Notes: a model not told the origin generated them from the sequence alone. Counted from the stretch's first letter, positions 27,054-37,241 are shown. The stretch: DNA of 56,042 nucleotides from an uncultured Clostridia bacterium (GCA_947625265.1 CANQNM010000001.1:1-56042), one strand, 5' to 3'. Made by a program: numbers and translations.

Positions 27054-28040
27054 TTATTCCCCCGAACCCAATGCAACTTTCAACGTTTCGATATTCTGAC
27101 GCTGCATAGAAAGGTATGTTGCCGTTTGAAATTCTTTTGCCGATATTTCATGACAGGAATGCAGCAAAAGTGCTTTTCCGCCGATTTTTTGCGCAAGATT
27201 TTCGGCGTATGACCGGTCGCCGGTTTCGGTATAAAGAATGGCGGGTAAACGCAAATCCATCGCTTTTTCGTAGAGGCGGTTCAGTGTCATCAGCGACGGT
27301 TCCACGGCGGTGGAACATCCTTCAAAGGCGGCGTCTGCCTCGATACCGTAGTCGTGGCAGAGGTATCGAAAGGGAAAACGGTCCGCAAAAATCAGGGTTC
27401 TGAATTTTGCACCCGAAACCGTATCTTCCAAAAGTCGGTCCAGTTCCTCAAGTTGGGAAAGGTACTCCCGGGCGTTTTCGCGATAGAACGCCTGGTTGTT
27501 CGGATCGGTTTCGCAGATTTCGTCAGTTAGTTTGGCTACAATCGCGCATGCTCTCTTAGGCGAGGTCCACACATGACCGTCGTAGTCCTCCTCGCTCTCA
27601 GAGCGGTGCACCTCATCTTTTTTCGAATCTTCCCCGTTTTCTGCTTCGGATTCCAAAAGAAGTTCGCCTGCAAATTGGGTGAGTTCAGCAAAACGGACCG
27701 ACTGGGGCAGCATCTTTTTTAGTTCCTTCTCCAACTGTTCGTCGATTTCGCCCCCCGCGCACACAAAGAGGTCGGCGTTGTACAGTTCGTCGATTTTTTT
27801 TACCGAAAGATCCTTTAGCCCGAAGGCGTGCGTTTCCGCACCTGGAGGGATCAGAAGTTCCACTGTGGCTTTGTCTCCCGTGATATTGCGCACAAAATCA
27901 TACTGCGGAAAAACGGTACAGACAATGTACGGTTTTTCTTTTTTCTCTCTGTCTTTCAGAGAAACGGATTGGCAGGATGAGAGGGAAACAAAAACCGAAA
28001 AAAGCAGGAAAACAGAAACGAACTTTAAAAATTTTTTCAT
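27054..28040 (-). CDS. znuA: Metal ABC transporter substrate-binding lipoprotein (TroA/ZnuA family)
   Basis: It has a lipobox (LSSC) and an acidic/His loop (ESEAENGEDSKKDEVHRSESEEDYDGH). Confidence 0.8.
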   Translation of the reverse strand: MKKFLKFVSVFLLFSVFVSLSSCQSVSLKDREKKEKPYIVCTVFPQYDFVRNITGDKATVELLIPPGAETHAFGLKDLSVKKIDELYNADLFVCAGGEIDEQLEKELKKMLPQSVRFAELTQFAGELLLESEAENGEDSKKDEVHRSESEEDYDGHVWTSPKRACAIVAKLTDEICETDPNNQAFYRENAREYLSQLEELDRLLEDTVSGAKFRTLIFADRFPFRYLCHDYGIEADAAFEGCSTAVEPSLMTLNRLYEKAMDLRLPAILYTETGDRSYAENLAQKIGGKALLLHSCHEISAKEFQTATYLSMQRQNIETLKVALGSGE

Positions 28041-28167
28041 GAATTGGATTCTTCCTTTTTGGAAATGAAAACGGGCATTCAGGAATTGGATTCTTTCTTT
28101 TTAGAAATGAAAACGGGCATTCAGAAATTGGACTCTTCCTTTATGGAAATGAAAACAGGGAATTCAG
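28041..28167. repeat. Three tandem copies (42, 42, 43 nt) of the znuA 5' region
   Basis: The units span 28041-28082, 28083-28124 and 28125-28167. The unit abutting the znuA ATG contains its RBS. Confidence 0.85.
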
Positions 28168-28196
28168 GCGTTTTTGGACATACCCCGCAGGCTTTT

Positions 28197-28736
28197 TTAT
28201 TTTTGATGCTTCGATGCGTGCCCGCCCTGACAGGCCGGTTTGTATAGGAAAGCGTCCGCCCGCTCCGCGTTTTCGAAAGAGAACCGTCCGGGGGAATCTT
28301 CTGCAAAAGAACCTTTCTCAAGGGAGTTGTTCTTGCATGAGGCGCAGAGTCCGTAAAGCACCGTGGCGTTGTTGTCCACTTCAAAGGCGTGTACCTTTTC
28401 AATATGTGTAAGAAGTTCTTTGCTCATTCCGCATTCAAGATGCAGAAGTTTTCCGCAGCGGTTGCATTTCAGGTGCAGATGACCGCAGCAGTCGGACATT
28501 TGGTGGTATTGATACAGCCAGCCCCGTCCCTCGTTTTTTGGAAAACGGCGCAGAACACCTTCCTTCGTAAGATCGGATACCAGGCGATATACCGTGCTTT
28601 TGCCCGGAACTTTTCCTTCCGCGAAAATGTCCTGTGACAACAGTTCCGAGAGCTGCTCCGCGGAAAATTGCCTGTTTTTGTGTTCTCGCATATAGGAAAT
28701 CAGGCGTTTTTTCTGTTCCGTCTGATATTTCCCCAT
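28197..28736 (-). CDS. zur: Fur-family transcriptional regulator (probable Zur)
   Basis: The start at MGKYQTEQKK follows an AGGAGGAG RBS. CxxC pairs are present (CNRCGK, CASCK), and the gene is adjacent to znuACB. Confidence 0.75.
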   Translation of the reverse strand: MGKYQTEQKKRLISYMREHKNRQFSAEQLSELLSQDIFAEGKVPGKSTVYRLVSDLTKEGVLRRFPKNEGRGWLYQYHQMSDCCGHLHLKCNRCGKLLHLECGMSKELLTHIEKVHAFEVDNNATVLYGLCASCKNNSLEKGSFAEDSPGRFSFENAERADAFLYKPACQGGHASKHQK

Positions 28737-29133
28737 GATACTCCTCCTGAATTTGAGAATTACTCTTGAATTATAGTATGCCGAAGGTCGTTTGTCAAGA
28801 GAAATTTTCAAAGAAATGAAAGAAGTTTTCATAGACGGGTAAAAGGGAAAAATTTTTCGGTTTTGTGAAATTTTCATACTGTACGGTGAAAAAATTCGTT
28901 GACATTTTACAGTAGAAATGCTACAATCTATTCGCATGCTGTTGAAGCAATTAAGAACATTTTTTCAAATATCGGAATTTCCGCGTGCCTTTGAACGAAA
29001 ATCCGACGGTATTTGCTTTTTGTTTTTGTCCCTCATTTCCCTTGTTCCCTATCCCTTATTCCAGACGCTTTTTGGAACGGCATTTTGCGCGGAGGGCGGA
29101 TTTTTAAAGAACCGACAGCGGAATGGTGCTTAC

Positions 29134-29874
29134 ATGTGTCGTTTACAAATTGACGCGGCGCGATTTGAACGCGCCCGGTCGGACGCTGAAAAACGTTCAA
29201 GAGAGAGTATCGGAACCTTGGGAGAAAAGGTTCTTCACGCCACGCTTAAAAATTATTTTTCGGACGCGGGGGATTTGCAGGAGCAGAAGATCGGCAGATA
29301 TGTCGCCGACATCTTCGGAAAAAGGGGAATCATCGAAATTCAGACCGGCGGATATGCGGCATTGAAAAAAAGATTGCCCTCGCTTTTGGAACAATACCCG
29401 GTGACTGTGGTTTGTCCGGTGATGCGCAAAAAAGAACTTTTTTGGATTGATCCCGTCACTGGCGCGGTAGACAAGGGAAGGCGGAGTCCAAAAACAGGAA
29501 GGCTTTGCGACGCACTTCCGGAACTTTTTTACCTGTCGGAATTTTGTGAGAGGGAGAATTTTAAAATTTGGATTTTTCTCTATGACGGCAGGGAATACAA
29601 AATACGGGATGGCTGGGGAAACGGCGGAAAAAGGGGAGCCCATCGGGCCGACAGAGTCCCCTTAACGCCTGTAGATCTCTATGAATTTTCAGTGTCTGAT
29701 GATTTTGCGGCGTTGTTGCCGCCCGGGTGTCCCGACAGTTTTACGGGAGAACAATTTTCCGGACTGATTTCAAAGAAGGGCTACAAACTGTGGGCGTCGC
29801 TGAGGTTTCTTACCGAACGTGGGGTTCTGAGAAGAGAAAAAAGAAATCGTACCTACGTTTACACCGTAGGCTGA
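29134..29874 (+). CDS. Hypothetical protein, possible CoiA-like PD-(D/E)xK nuclease fold
   Basis: RYVADIF...IIEIQTGGY resembles the D...E-x-Q/K core. The start site is uncertain. Confidence 0.4.
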   Translation: MCRLQIDAARFERARSDAEKRSRESIGTLGEKVLHATLKNYFSDAGDLQEQKIGRYVADIFGKRGIIEIQTGGYAALKKRLPSLLEQYPVTVVCPVMRKKELFWIDPVTGAVDKGRRSPKTGRLCDALPELFYLSEFCERENFKIWIFLYDGREYKIRDGWGNGGKRGAHRADRVPLTPVDLYEFSVSDDFAALLPPGCPDSFTGEQFSGLISKKGYKLWASLRFLTERGVLRREKRNRTYVYTVG

Positions 29875-29891
29875 AAGGAGTTCTGTTATTT

Positions 29892-31469
29892 ATGAATCGT
29901 TGTGAGAGAATTCTGATTTCGGGATCGTTGGCTGCAGCAATTTTGCTTTCTTTTTTGGGGTGCACAAGGAAGACTCCCTTTGTAGATTCTACAACAACGG
30001 CGTCGAAGACGTCACAAACCGAACTTTTCACCCATGATGACTCTTCGCCGTCAGGCAGCGGGTTCTCCTTTCCCAGTTCGGGTTTCCCCAATACCTCGGT
30101 TTCCACTCCCGCCTCACCTTCTTCCCAGACGTCGCCATCGAATTCAGGCGTCAACGATGACACTGTGAAGATCAGTCGGATCTCCTTTGATACGGTGTTC
30201 GTAGATCTTGTGATCGGAGAGGAACGGACGGTTTGCCCGATCATTGAACCGGCGAATGCTACGGAAAAGGTGCTGTATACCTCTTCCGACACTGGGGTGA
30301 TGGTCTGCGAAGGAGGAAAACTCCACGCTGTGAAGAAGGGAAACGCTACGCTTGAGGTTTGCTCAAAAAGCGGAGAGTGTTCGGCGAAGATCCCGGTGAC
30401 TGTTAGAGGCAAAAACGATATTCCCAACGGGTTTCGCTATGGAAAGGATGGGCTGCCCGCCTATACGCCAGTTTTGGAGGAGGGCGTGACATATGTGGAC
30501 TTCAACCCGAAAAATGTAAAACATTTGTTTACCCATTGTCTTGTGGCGTATGAGGATTCGGAAGATGTGTTTTACAATGAGTGTTTGACTGTTACGGAAT
30601 TCAGAAGAATGCTCGAACAACTTTACGCAAACGGTTACATACTTATCGACATCGACTACATGTATGAATATTCCTACGACACCGCAGGCACACTGAATGC
30701 AAAAATCAAGGATTCCATCAAGGTGCCCAAAGGGAAAAAACCGATTATTCTCTCAATTGACAATGTGGCGTATCCGCGCTGGGATCACGGAAAGGGCAGA
30801 AGCGACCGGCTGCAGGTCGTTGACGGGAAATTGGTTACCTATACGAAATTCGCGGATGGCAGTGAGTTGTACAGCGATGACAACGAAACCTTCACCATTC
30901 TTTGGAACTTTGTTCAGGAGCATCCCGATTTTTCGCTTTCGGGGGCCATGTGCGTAGTGGCGCCTTCCGGCGGGGAAGGGCTCTTTGGCTGGGGAACCAG
31001 ACCCGGAAGTGCCGACTATACGGAAAGCGTAAAACAGGCTGAAGAAATTGTCCGTTGGTTCAATGAACATGGGTTTGCCTTTGCCTGTCACAGTTACTCC
31101 CACAAGAGTTTCCAGGACATGACCGTTGAGGATATCAGAAAGGATATACAAAAATGGAATGACGAGGTGTATCCCATCGTCGGAAGGACGCATGTCTTTA
31201 TTTATCCTTACGGGATGTTTACACAAAAAAACAGCGATCAGGCGTATGCGCTTTCGAAGGAGGGCTTCGCGGTGTTTTGCGCTACGAGCATGTTGGGCAC
31301 CAACTGGAACGATTTCCCGATAAAAGGAAACGCGTATAATGAGCGCATCATTCTCAGTTCCGAAATGTTGGTGCGCTATAAGGACAAGGAGCCGCTTACT
31401 TTGCTGTTTGATCCGTACACGGTGTATGACAACGATGCACATTCCAAAAAACTGTACAGGGAGGAATGA
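29892..31469 (+). CDS. Lipoprotein with Big_2-like Ig domain and polysaccharide deacetylase-like domain
   Basis: The RBS is AAAGGAG. It has a lipobox (LSFLGC), a Ser/Thr/Pro-rich linker, a Big_2-like segment, and an ACHSYSHKSF-type deacetylase-like region. Confidence 0.55.
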   Translation: MNRCERILISGSLAAAILLSFLGCTRKTPFVDSTTTASKTSQTELFTHDDSSPSGSGFSFPSSGFPNTSVSTPASPSSQTSPSNSGVNDDTVKISRISFDTVFVDLVIGEERTVCPIIEPANATEKVLYTSSDTGVMVCEGGKLHAVKKGNATLEVCSKSGECSAKIPVTVRGKNDIPNGFRYGKDGLPAYTPVLEEGVTYVDFNPKNVKHLFTHCLVAYEDSEDVFYNECLTVTEFRRMLEQLYANGYILIDIDYMYEYSYDTAGTLNAKIKDSIKVPKGKKPIILSIDNVAYPRWDHGKGRSDRLQVVDGKLVTYTKFADGSELYSDDNETFTILWNFVQEHPDFSLSGAMCVVAPSGGEGLFGWGTRPGSADYTESVKQAEEIVRWFNEHGFAFACHSYSHKSFQDMTVEDIRKDIQKWNDEVYPIVGRTHVFIYPYGMFTQKNSDQAYALSKEGFAVFCATSMLGTNWNDFPIKGNAYNERIILSSEMLVRYKDKEPLTLLFDPYTVYDNDAHSKKLYREE

Positions 31470-32185
31470 CTGTGCCTAAACGATATTTGACGAAGAAGGA
31501 AAAAGAGGCGCGCTTGAAAAAAGGATTGGGCGTCGGTGCGATTGTTTTTGTTGTTTTAACGGTGCTGACGGCTCTTTCTGGGATAGGACTTGCGAAACTC
31601 GGAGACATGGAACTGCGATTGCAAATGCAGTTTGACTATTGGAAGGATCCTTGGGACGGAGAAGGAAAATTTGATTTTATTTCTAAAAAGGGAGATGTTT
31701 GGGCATACTATGAAGCGCTGATGTGCGTGGAGGATGATGCCATACGCGCGGGCGGCGAGGGGATTTCCTATGACAGATCGGTGGGTACCGTGCTGTGCGT
31801 AGACACTTCGAGCATTGAAAATGAGAAGGTTCGGAGCGCCGCGGAAAAAATGTATGAGGATTACGCAAAAAGAAAGGGTTTGCGCTTCAGAACGGGAAGT
31901 TTGGAACAACTCAAAGAGGAGGGACTGATTGCGAGCAGCGGTGAATCCTACAAAGAGGGTTGTCTTTTACAGATTTTTGACAACGGTTGGGACAGGGAGA
32001 AGATTTTTTTCACTGTCGATATGTTTTTTTACTATGGGAACACGAACGGTCAGGGGGCAACGGTGATGCTGACCCGTAAAGAGAATCTGAAAGCCATGAA
32101 AGAAGCGGTTCAGGAAGAGCAGATTGAGAAAATCTCCGACGACGGAGAGTGGGCTGCGGTGATTCTTTCCACCATGGTGTCCTGA
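31466..32185 (+). CDS. Membrane-anchored hypothetical protein
   Basis: An ATGA overlap links it to the upstream gene. It has a single N-terminal TM segment. Confidence 0.5.
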   Translation: MTVPKRYLTKKEKEARLKKGLGVGAIVFVVLTVLTALSGIGLAKLGDMELRLQMQFDYWKDPWDGEGKFDFISKKGDVWAYYEALMCVEDDAIRAGGEGISYDRSVGTVLCVDTSSIENEKVRSAAEKMYEDYAKRKGLRFRTGSLEQLKEEGLIASSGESYKEGCLLQIFDNGWDREKIFFTVDMFFYYGNTNGQGATVMLTRKENLKAMKEAVQEEQIEKISDDGEWAAVILSTMVS

Positions 32186-32302
32186 CAGACAGCGAAAAGA
32201 GAAACCTACCGCCGTCCCTTGAATCGGCGGCGGTGGCGCCGCTTCAACCTGAAATCTATATTTTTTAAGTATTTTAAGTTTTAAGTGCAGGTACTGCGCC
32301 AA

Positions 32303-32444
32303 AGTGAAGACAACGTCTTATGCGGAGTTTTGCCCCGCGCCCCATTTAAAGGACTTTTTTAGGAAAAGTCCCCTAAAAACCTTCAAAAACTTTTGAAAAA
32401 AGGGGCAGATACTTTCTTCGCGTCTGAAAAGCGGGTTTGTCTGC
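32303..32444 (-). repeat. MITE-like structured repeat, copy c (inverted relative to b)
   Basis: Its reverse complement aligns with copy b along its length, apart from a ~30-nt internal indel. Confidence 0.7.
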
Positions 32445-32617
32445 AGGCTGGCGCAGATACTGCGCGTGTCTGTTGACGGTACCGAAAAAATTCACGAACC
32501 AGTCGCTAAGAAAGAGAAGATCGGTTGTGGATTTTCAGGGAAACAGAAAAAAACAGATCGCGGAATGACAAAATGTCGGTATGAAAGGAAATAAAAGGAT
32601 GAAAGAGGGGAACGAAT

Positions 32618-33985
32618 ATGCTATCCATGGCAATTTGTGAAGAAGTTTTGGCAAAGGCGCTGTCTACGGGTGCCGACTACGGTGAAATTTTCGCGGAACG
32701 TTCACCGTCCTCCAGTTTGTATATGGTGAATTCCAGACTGGAGGAAATCAACGACTCGGTAGTTTGCGGGGCGGGGATACGCGTAATGCTGGGAACCCGC
32801 ACCGTCTTTGGCTCCACCACCGACCTGACAAAGGAAGGATTGCTGCGCTTGGCGGAGCAGGTCAGCGAAGCGTTGGGACAGGGAAAAACCGGTGTTTCCA
32901 TTCATCTGGAAAGACAAACGGTGGGCAGTTGCTGTCCGGTGGCGAGAATTTCTTCCGAAGTGCCCAAGAGCGAAAAACTGACGGTACTGAAGAGGTGTTA
33001 TTTTGCGGCAAAGGAAAAGGATGCGAGGATTACGCAGGTAAAAGCGCAGCTTATAGACATTGATAGGAATATTCTCATCGCGACAAGTGAAGGAAAATAT
33101 GTGCAGGACCGTCAGGTGCGTACAAGACTTGCCTGCACCTCCATTGCAGAGGATCAAAACGGAACCGAAAGCGGATTCTGCGGACCGGGGAGACGCATGG
33201 GCATGGAAATGTTTGACCGGTTGATCAGTCCGGAGGATACGGGAAGGGAAGCTTCCCGTGTAGCGTTGGCGCGCCTCGGAGCCTCTTTCTGTCCGGCGGG
33301 AAAAATGACGGTTGCGGTGGAAAACGGATTCGGCGGTGTGATTTTCCACGAAGCCTGCGGGCATTCTCTGGAGGCCACGGCCGTTGCGACGGGTACCTCT
33401 CAGATGGCGGGCAAACTGGGCAAACAAATTGCAAACGAAAAGGTCACTGCGATCGATGATCCCACCGAAAAAAACGCTTGGGGAAGCATCGACGTAGACG
33501 ACGAGGGGACGCCTACCCATCCCATTGTACTCATCGAAAAAGGCATTCTGAAATCCTATATGATTGATAAACTGGGCGGTCGAAGAATGGGTATGCCTTC
33601 TACAGGCAGCGCCAGAAGGCAGGATTTCACCTACGAACCCACTTCCCGAATGACCAACACCTATATTGCCAACGGGCCCGATAAAAACGAGGATATCATT
33701 GCTTCCCTTGAAAACGGGTTATATGCGGCGAAAATGGGCGGAGGCTCGGTAAATCCTATCACCGGCGCTTTCAATTTCGGCGTGGACGAAGGGTATTTGG
33801 TAAAGAACGGGAAAATTGTCCAATGCGTCAAGGGCGCGTCGCTCATCGGAACCGGTTCGGAGGTGGAATCATTATTGATCTTATTAGATCAGTTGGGAGT
33901 ATGTTCTTCCAGCGGTTCAGTACCCAATGAGGTAGGGCAGCCTTTGATTCGAATTTCATCTATTACTGTCGGCGGCAGAAACTGA
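32618..33985 (+). CDS. tldD: TldD-family metallopeptidase
   Basis: It has an HEACGHSLE zinc motif and a conserved C-terminal GQP...ITVGG. Confidence 0.85.
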   Translation: MLSMAICEEVLAKALSTGADYGEIFAERSPSSSLYMVNSRLEEINDSVVCGAGIRVMLGTRTVFGSTTDLTKEGLLRLAEQVSEALGQGKTGVSIHLERQTVGSCCPVARISSEVPKSEKLTVLKRCYFAAKEKDARITQVKAQLIDIDRNILIATSEGKYVQDRQVRTRLACTSIAEDQNGTESGFCGPGRRMGMEMFDRLISPEDTGREASRVALARLGASFCPAGKMTVAVENGFGGVIFHEACGHSLEATAVATGTSQMAGKLGKQIANEKVTAIDDPTEKNAWGSIDVDDEGTPTHPIVLIEKGILKSYMIDKLGGRRMGMPSTGSARRQDFTYEPTSRMTNTYIANGPDKNEDIIASLENGLYAAKMGGGSVNPITGAFNFGVDEGYLVKNGKIVQCVKGASLIGTGSEVESLLILLDQLGVCSSSGSVPNEVGQPLIRISSITVGGRN

Positions 33986-33999
33986 AAGGAGGCAGAACC

Positions 34000-35346
34000 A
34001 TGACGGAAGTTTATTTTGATAAACTTTATGAGGCGGCAAGACAAAAAGCGGAGAGTTTGGGCGCGGAAGTGTTTGAATTGTACTATTCAGGTGGGGAGGA
34101 TCTTTCGGCGGAAACTTTCAGAGACGAACTGTCGGGCTTTTCGGCGGGACAGAGCGGCAGACTGTCTGTCAGGATGTTGATCGGCGGAAAAATCGGAACG
34201 GCGTCGAGCACTCTTGCAACGCCTGAGGAAGCGATGGAATTGCTGTCCAAGGCGGCGGAGAATGCCAAACTTGTGGAGAAGGATGAGGAAGCGCTGTTTT
34301 GCGAGGGTGGACAGACGTACAGGGAGGTGAAGAGCGTTCCCTTCACCATGCCCTCTGCAAGAGAGGTAAAAGAAACGGCGATGCGTATGAGAAACGCGGC
34401 GTATGCTTCTTCCGAAAAAATTTCGGATGGAACGTCAGGAGGCGCATATGCGGCGCAGAATGAGATCTTTCTCTATACAAGCAAAGGTTTACGTCTGTCG
34501 GCACACAGCGGAGGCATGGGCGCCTATGTATACAGCGTTCTCGAAGAAGGGGAAGAGAAGAGGGACGGTTTTGAAAGCGCAGCCAAGCCCCTGGAGGAAG
34601 TGTCCGGCGAGGAATTGGCGCAAATTGCTACAAACCGTGCGGCGGAACGTTTCGGCGCAACGTTGCCGCAGAGCGGAAACTACCCCATTGTTTTTGAGGG
34701 TAAGCAGATGCAGCAGATTCTTTCTACCTTCTGCTCGGTATTCTTTGCCAAAGAGGTACAACAGGGACTGTCACTCTTGAAGGACAAGGAAGGAGAGAAA
34801 ATCGCCACGGAACGGTTGACTCTCATCGACGACCCATTTTTTGAGGGAAATCCCATGCAGATTGCCTTTGACGGCGAGGGCACGCCCACTTACACCAAAG
34901 CGGTGATTGAAAACGGCGTGCTGAAGACGTTGCTTTACAATCTTGAGAGCGGAAAAAAGGCGGGGAAAGCCTCTACCGGAAACGGCGCACGGATGACAGC
35001 CGCCATTGGTACAAAGGTGTATAACCTGTATATCGTTCCGGGAAAGAACACAAGGGAAGAACTCTTTAAAATGGCAGAGGGAGGTATATTCGTCACTGGA
35101 ATGAAGGGATTTCACGCAGGCGCGAATGTGGTTTCAGGTGATTTTTCCATAGAGAGCGAGGGCTTCATGATCCGAAACGGGCAAAAGGCGGAGCCTGTAA
35201 AGTCTTTCACTGTTTCGGGAAATTTCTTCGAACTTTTGAAAAACATTGCCGCCATTGGTGGCACCATTGAGGATATGCATCCCGGTTACAGCAAAATCCG
35301 GTGTCCAGACATTCTGATTCCGAGTATGCCGATATCCGGCGCCTGA
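34000..35346 (+). CDS. pmbA: PmbA/TldE-family protein
   Basis: The RBS is GAAAGGAGG. It is paired with tldD and has a family-typical C-terminal SGDFS...G region. Confidence 0.8.
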   Translation: MTEVYFDKLYEAARQKAESLGAEVFELYYSGGEDLSAETFRDELSGFSAGQSGRLSVRMLIGGKIGTASSTLATPEEAMELLSKAAENAKLVEKDEEALFCEGGQTYREVKSVPFTMPSAREVKETAMRMRNAAYASSEKISDGTSGGAYAAQNEIFLYTSKGLRLSAHSGGMGAYVYSVLEEGEEKRDGFESAAKPLEEVSGEELAQIATNRAAERFGATLPQSGNYPIVFEGKQMQQILSTFCSVFFAKEVQQGLSLLKDKEGEKIATERLTLIDDPFFEGNPMQIAFDGEGTPTYTKAVIENGVLKTLLYNLESGKKAGKASTGNGARMTAAIGTKVYNLYIVPGKNTREELFKMAEGGIFVTGMKGFHAGANVVSGDFSIESEGFMIRNGQKAEPVKSFTVSGNFFELLKNIAAIGGTIEDMHPGYSKIRCPDILIPSMPISGA

Positions 35347-35463
35347 GAAGTGCGGACGGGGTGCGGATTATGGCATATGTAACGTGTACAAACTGTAAAA
35401 TATAAACGGAAGCGCAAGTTGGAATGCAGAGGAAACAAAGCAAAAACAGAAAACTGCGCATGA

Positions 35464-35503
35464 GCAGACGTCGCCGGCGGATCATTCCGCCGGCGACGTC
35501 TGC
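35464..35503. terminator. Perfect 18-bp palindrome between convergent genes
   Basis: The stem is gcagacgtcgccggcgga / tccgccggcgacgtctgc with a 4-nt loop. The flank is T-rich on the minus strand. Confidence 0.6.
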
Positions 35504-35548
35504 ATGTATATACATATGGCATACTGCCGATGCGCAGTGTATACTGGT

Positions 35549-36058
35549 TCACTCAGGGCGCACAGTGCTCCACACACGAATGCGTTTTTCGATTTCCTCG
35601 GCAAACTCTTTGCCGCATTCCAGAAATATTTCTTCCTCCCGATCGTCGCATATATAGCGCAGACAATAGATGTTTTTGGGAAACATGGTGGCGCACAGAT
35701 TTTCCGAAGGCATAGGGCCTTTTTTGATTTTGGGGCGAAGTTCTACGGATTTGATGTTGTTGAAAGGAATGCAGTACACCATACGGCTTCCGCTTTTCCT
35801 GATACGGTAGATATTGAGTTTGGGATATTCGGACATGCTGTTTGCGGCGTCGTACAACTGATAGGTATAATCGGTCATGACGAAACGGCTGAGAATCAGG
35901 ATGCAGGCGGTGAACACCACCATTGCCGGAAGGTGAAAACAGTAGGAGGGCAGACCGGTATAGAAGGTGGGAGTCAAAGCAAGGGCCAGACCGAGCGCTG
36001 CCAAAAGGATGGTTACCATCATGGGAATTTTTGTATCAGGGTTTACATTGTATTCCAT
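35549..36058 (-). CDS. Hypothetical membrane protein (2 TM + soluble C-terminal domain)
   Basis: The start at MEYNVNPD follows a GGAGGT RBS. Confidence 0.55.
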   Translation of the reverse strand: MEYNVNPDTKIPMMVTILLAALGLALALTPTFYTGLPSYCFHLPAMVVFTACILILSRFVMTDYTYQLYDAANSMSEYPKLNIYRIRKSGSRMVYCIPFNNIKSVELRPKIKKGPMPSENLCATMFPKNIYCLRYICDDREEEIFLECGKEFAEEIEKRIRVWSTVRPE

Positions 36059-36211
36059 ACATACCTCCAAATATGTCACCTTCATTCTAACTCAAAACTT
36101 TTTTTCTGTCAAGAAAAATCTGTTTTTTATAAAAGGGTGTTTCTGCTTTACAACCTTTTGGAAAAGATGCATAGAATGAAAGTGAGAAGTGTTTTTGAAA
36201 GGAGACAACCG

Positions 36212-36463
36212 GTGGAAATAGATAGAAAAAAACTTGCGGCGGCGATAAACATGCCGGATGAGCAGTTTGCCGCTCTGATATACGCGGTGATCACGGCGGC
36301 GGGTGGAAGTAAAATGCAGGCAATGGCCGCTATGGCAAACGCTTCAAAACTGAAGTCAAAACTTCAATCGACAAACGACGCGGAACTGGACGAAATGACA
36401 AAACGGCTTGATCCAAAACTTTTAAACAGCATTATGAACGCTTTAAAGGATCAGGGAAAATAA
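36212..36463 (+). CDS. Hypothetical small protein
   Basis: A GTG start lies 7 nt after GAAAGGAG. The protein is 83 aa and predicted helical. Confidence 0.45.
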   Translation: MEIDRKKLAAAINMPDEQFAALIYAVITAAGGSKMQAMAAMANASKLKSKLQSTNDAELDEMTKRLDPKLLNSIMNALKDQGK

Positions 36464-36797
36464 ACGCTCCGAAAGGGAAAATTTCGTGAAAGCAAGCAGA
36501 GGAATATAAGGTTCGTTTTAAGGCGTCAACGGATTTTTCGCAGGACGGTATGAAGCGACATTTGCCGTGCCGTCCTTGAGGAAACAGCGCGGCAGGGCAA
36601 AGGGACAAAAATAGAAAAAGGCGATTCGGGGGCGTTTGCGCTGTCGAAACCGAAACTCTGGAGGCGGTTGCGTTTGTCGGAAACCGAAGTTCAAAAGACG
36701 CGCTTTAGAACAACTGCACGGTCCGTGCGCCGGACGGATGGGTGCATATCCGCGCAGAAATCACAGAGATCAATTCAGGAAAGGAATGGTTAGGACA

Positions 36798-37241
36798 ATG
36801 GCGGAACAGGTTCCCGACCTTTCAGCGGCAATCGGGAAACTTCTTGAAAATCCCGAGGCATTGAAAAGCGCCATGGAGATGGCGTCAAACCTAAAAAAAT
36901 CCGGCTTTTTTGATCAATTTTCAGCAAATCAGAAAACTGGAGAGGAAAAAACCGAAAAAAAGGATGAAGCAGAAGAGCAAACTTCAGAGAAACGGAATTT
37001 CCCGTCCTTTTTAGGGGAATATCGGAAAGATGAGAACGCATATACTGAAAAAAACAATGCTGAAAACCGGACGTCGACGCACGGCGGCGACGGATACCGT
37101 GCCGGATCGGCTCAAAGAAAGCAATTGCTCATGGCTCTCAGACCTTATATGAGCAGAGAAAGGCAGGAGCGTATCGACACTGTTCTGAAAATTTTGCGGC
37201 TTTTGGAATTGGCGGAACAATTGGGTGCGCTGAATTTCTGA
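36798..37241 (+). CDS. Hypothetical protein (acidic, low-complexity centre; conserved C-terminal LMALRPYMSRERQERIDTVLKILRLLEL)
   Basis: The ATG follows AGGAAAGGA. The start could instead be at 36786. Confidence 0.5.
   Translation: MAEQVPDLSAAIGKLLENPEALKSAMEMASNLKKSGFFDQFSANQKTGEEKTEKKDEAEEQTSEKRNFPSFLGEYRKDENAYTEKNNAENRTSTHGGDGYRAGSAQRKQLLMALRPYMSRERQERIDTVLKILRLLELAEQLGALNF

Noticed and set aside
28044-28247. A 67-aa + strand ORF has repeated peptide LEMKTGIQ.
   Set aside because: It is an artefact of translating the 42-nt tandem repeat. It has no RBS and lies antisense in the zur-znuA spacer.
33850-33985. An AT-richer patch with atypical residues lies at the 3' end of tldD, and I considered a possible recombination patch or frameshift.
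   Set aside because: The translated tail still keeps the family's conserved positions (G.C...G.VP...GQP...ITVGG), so it reads as an intact, slightly shortened C-terminus.
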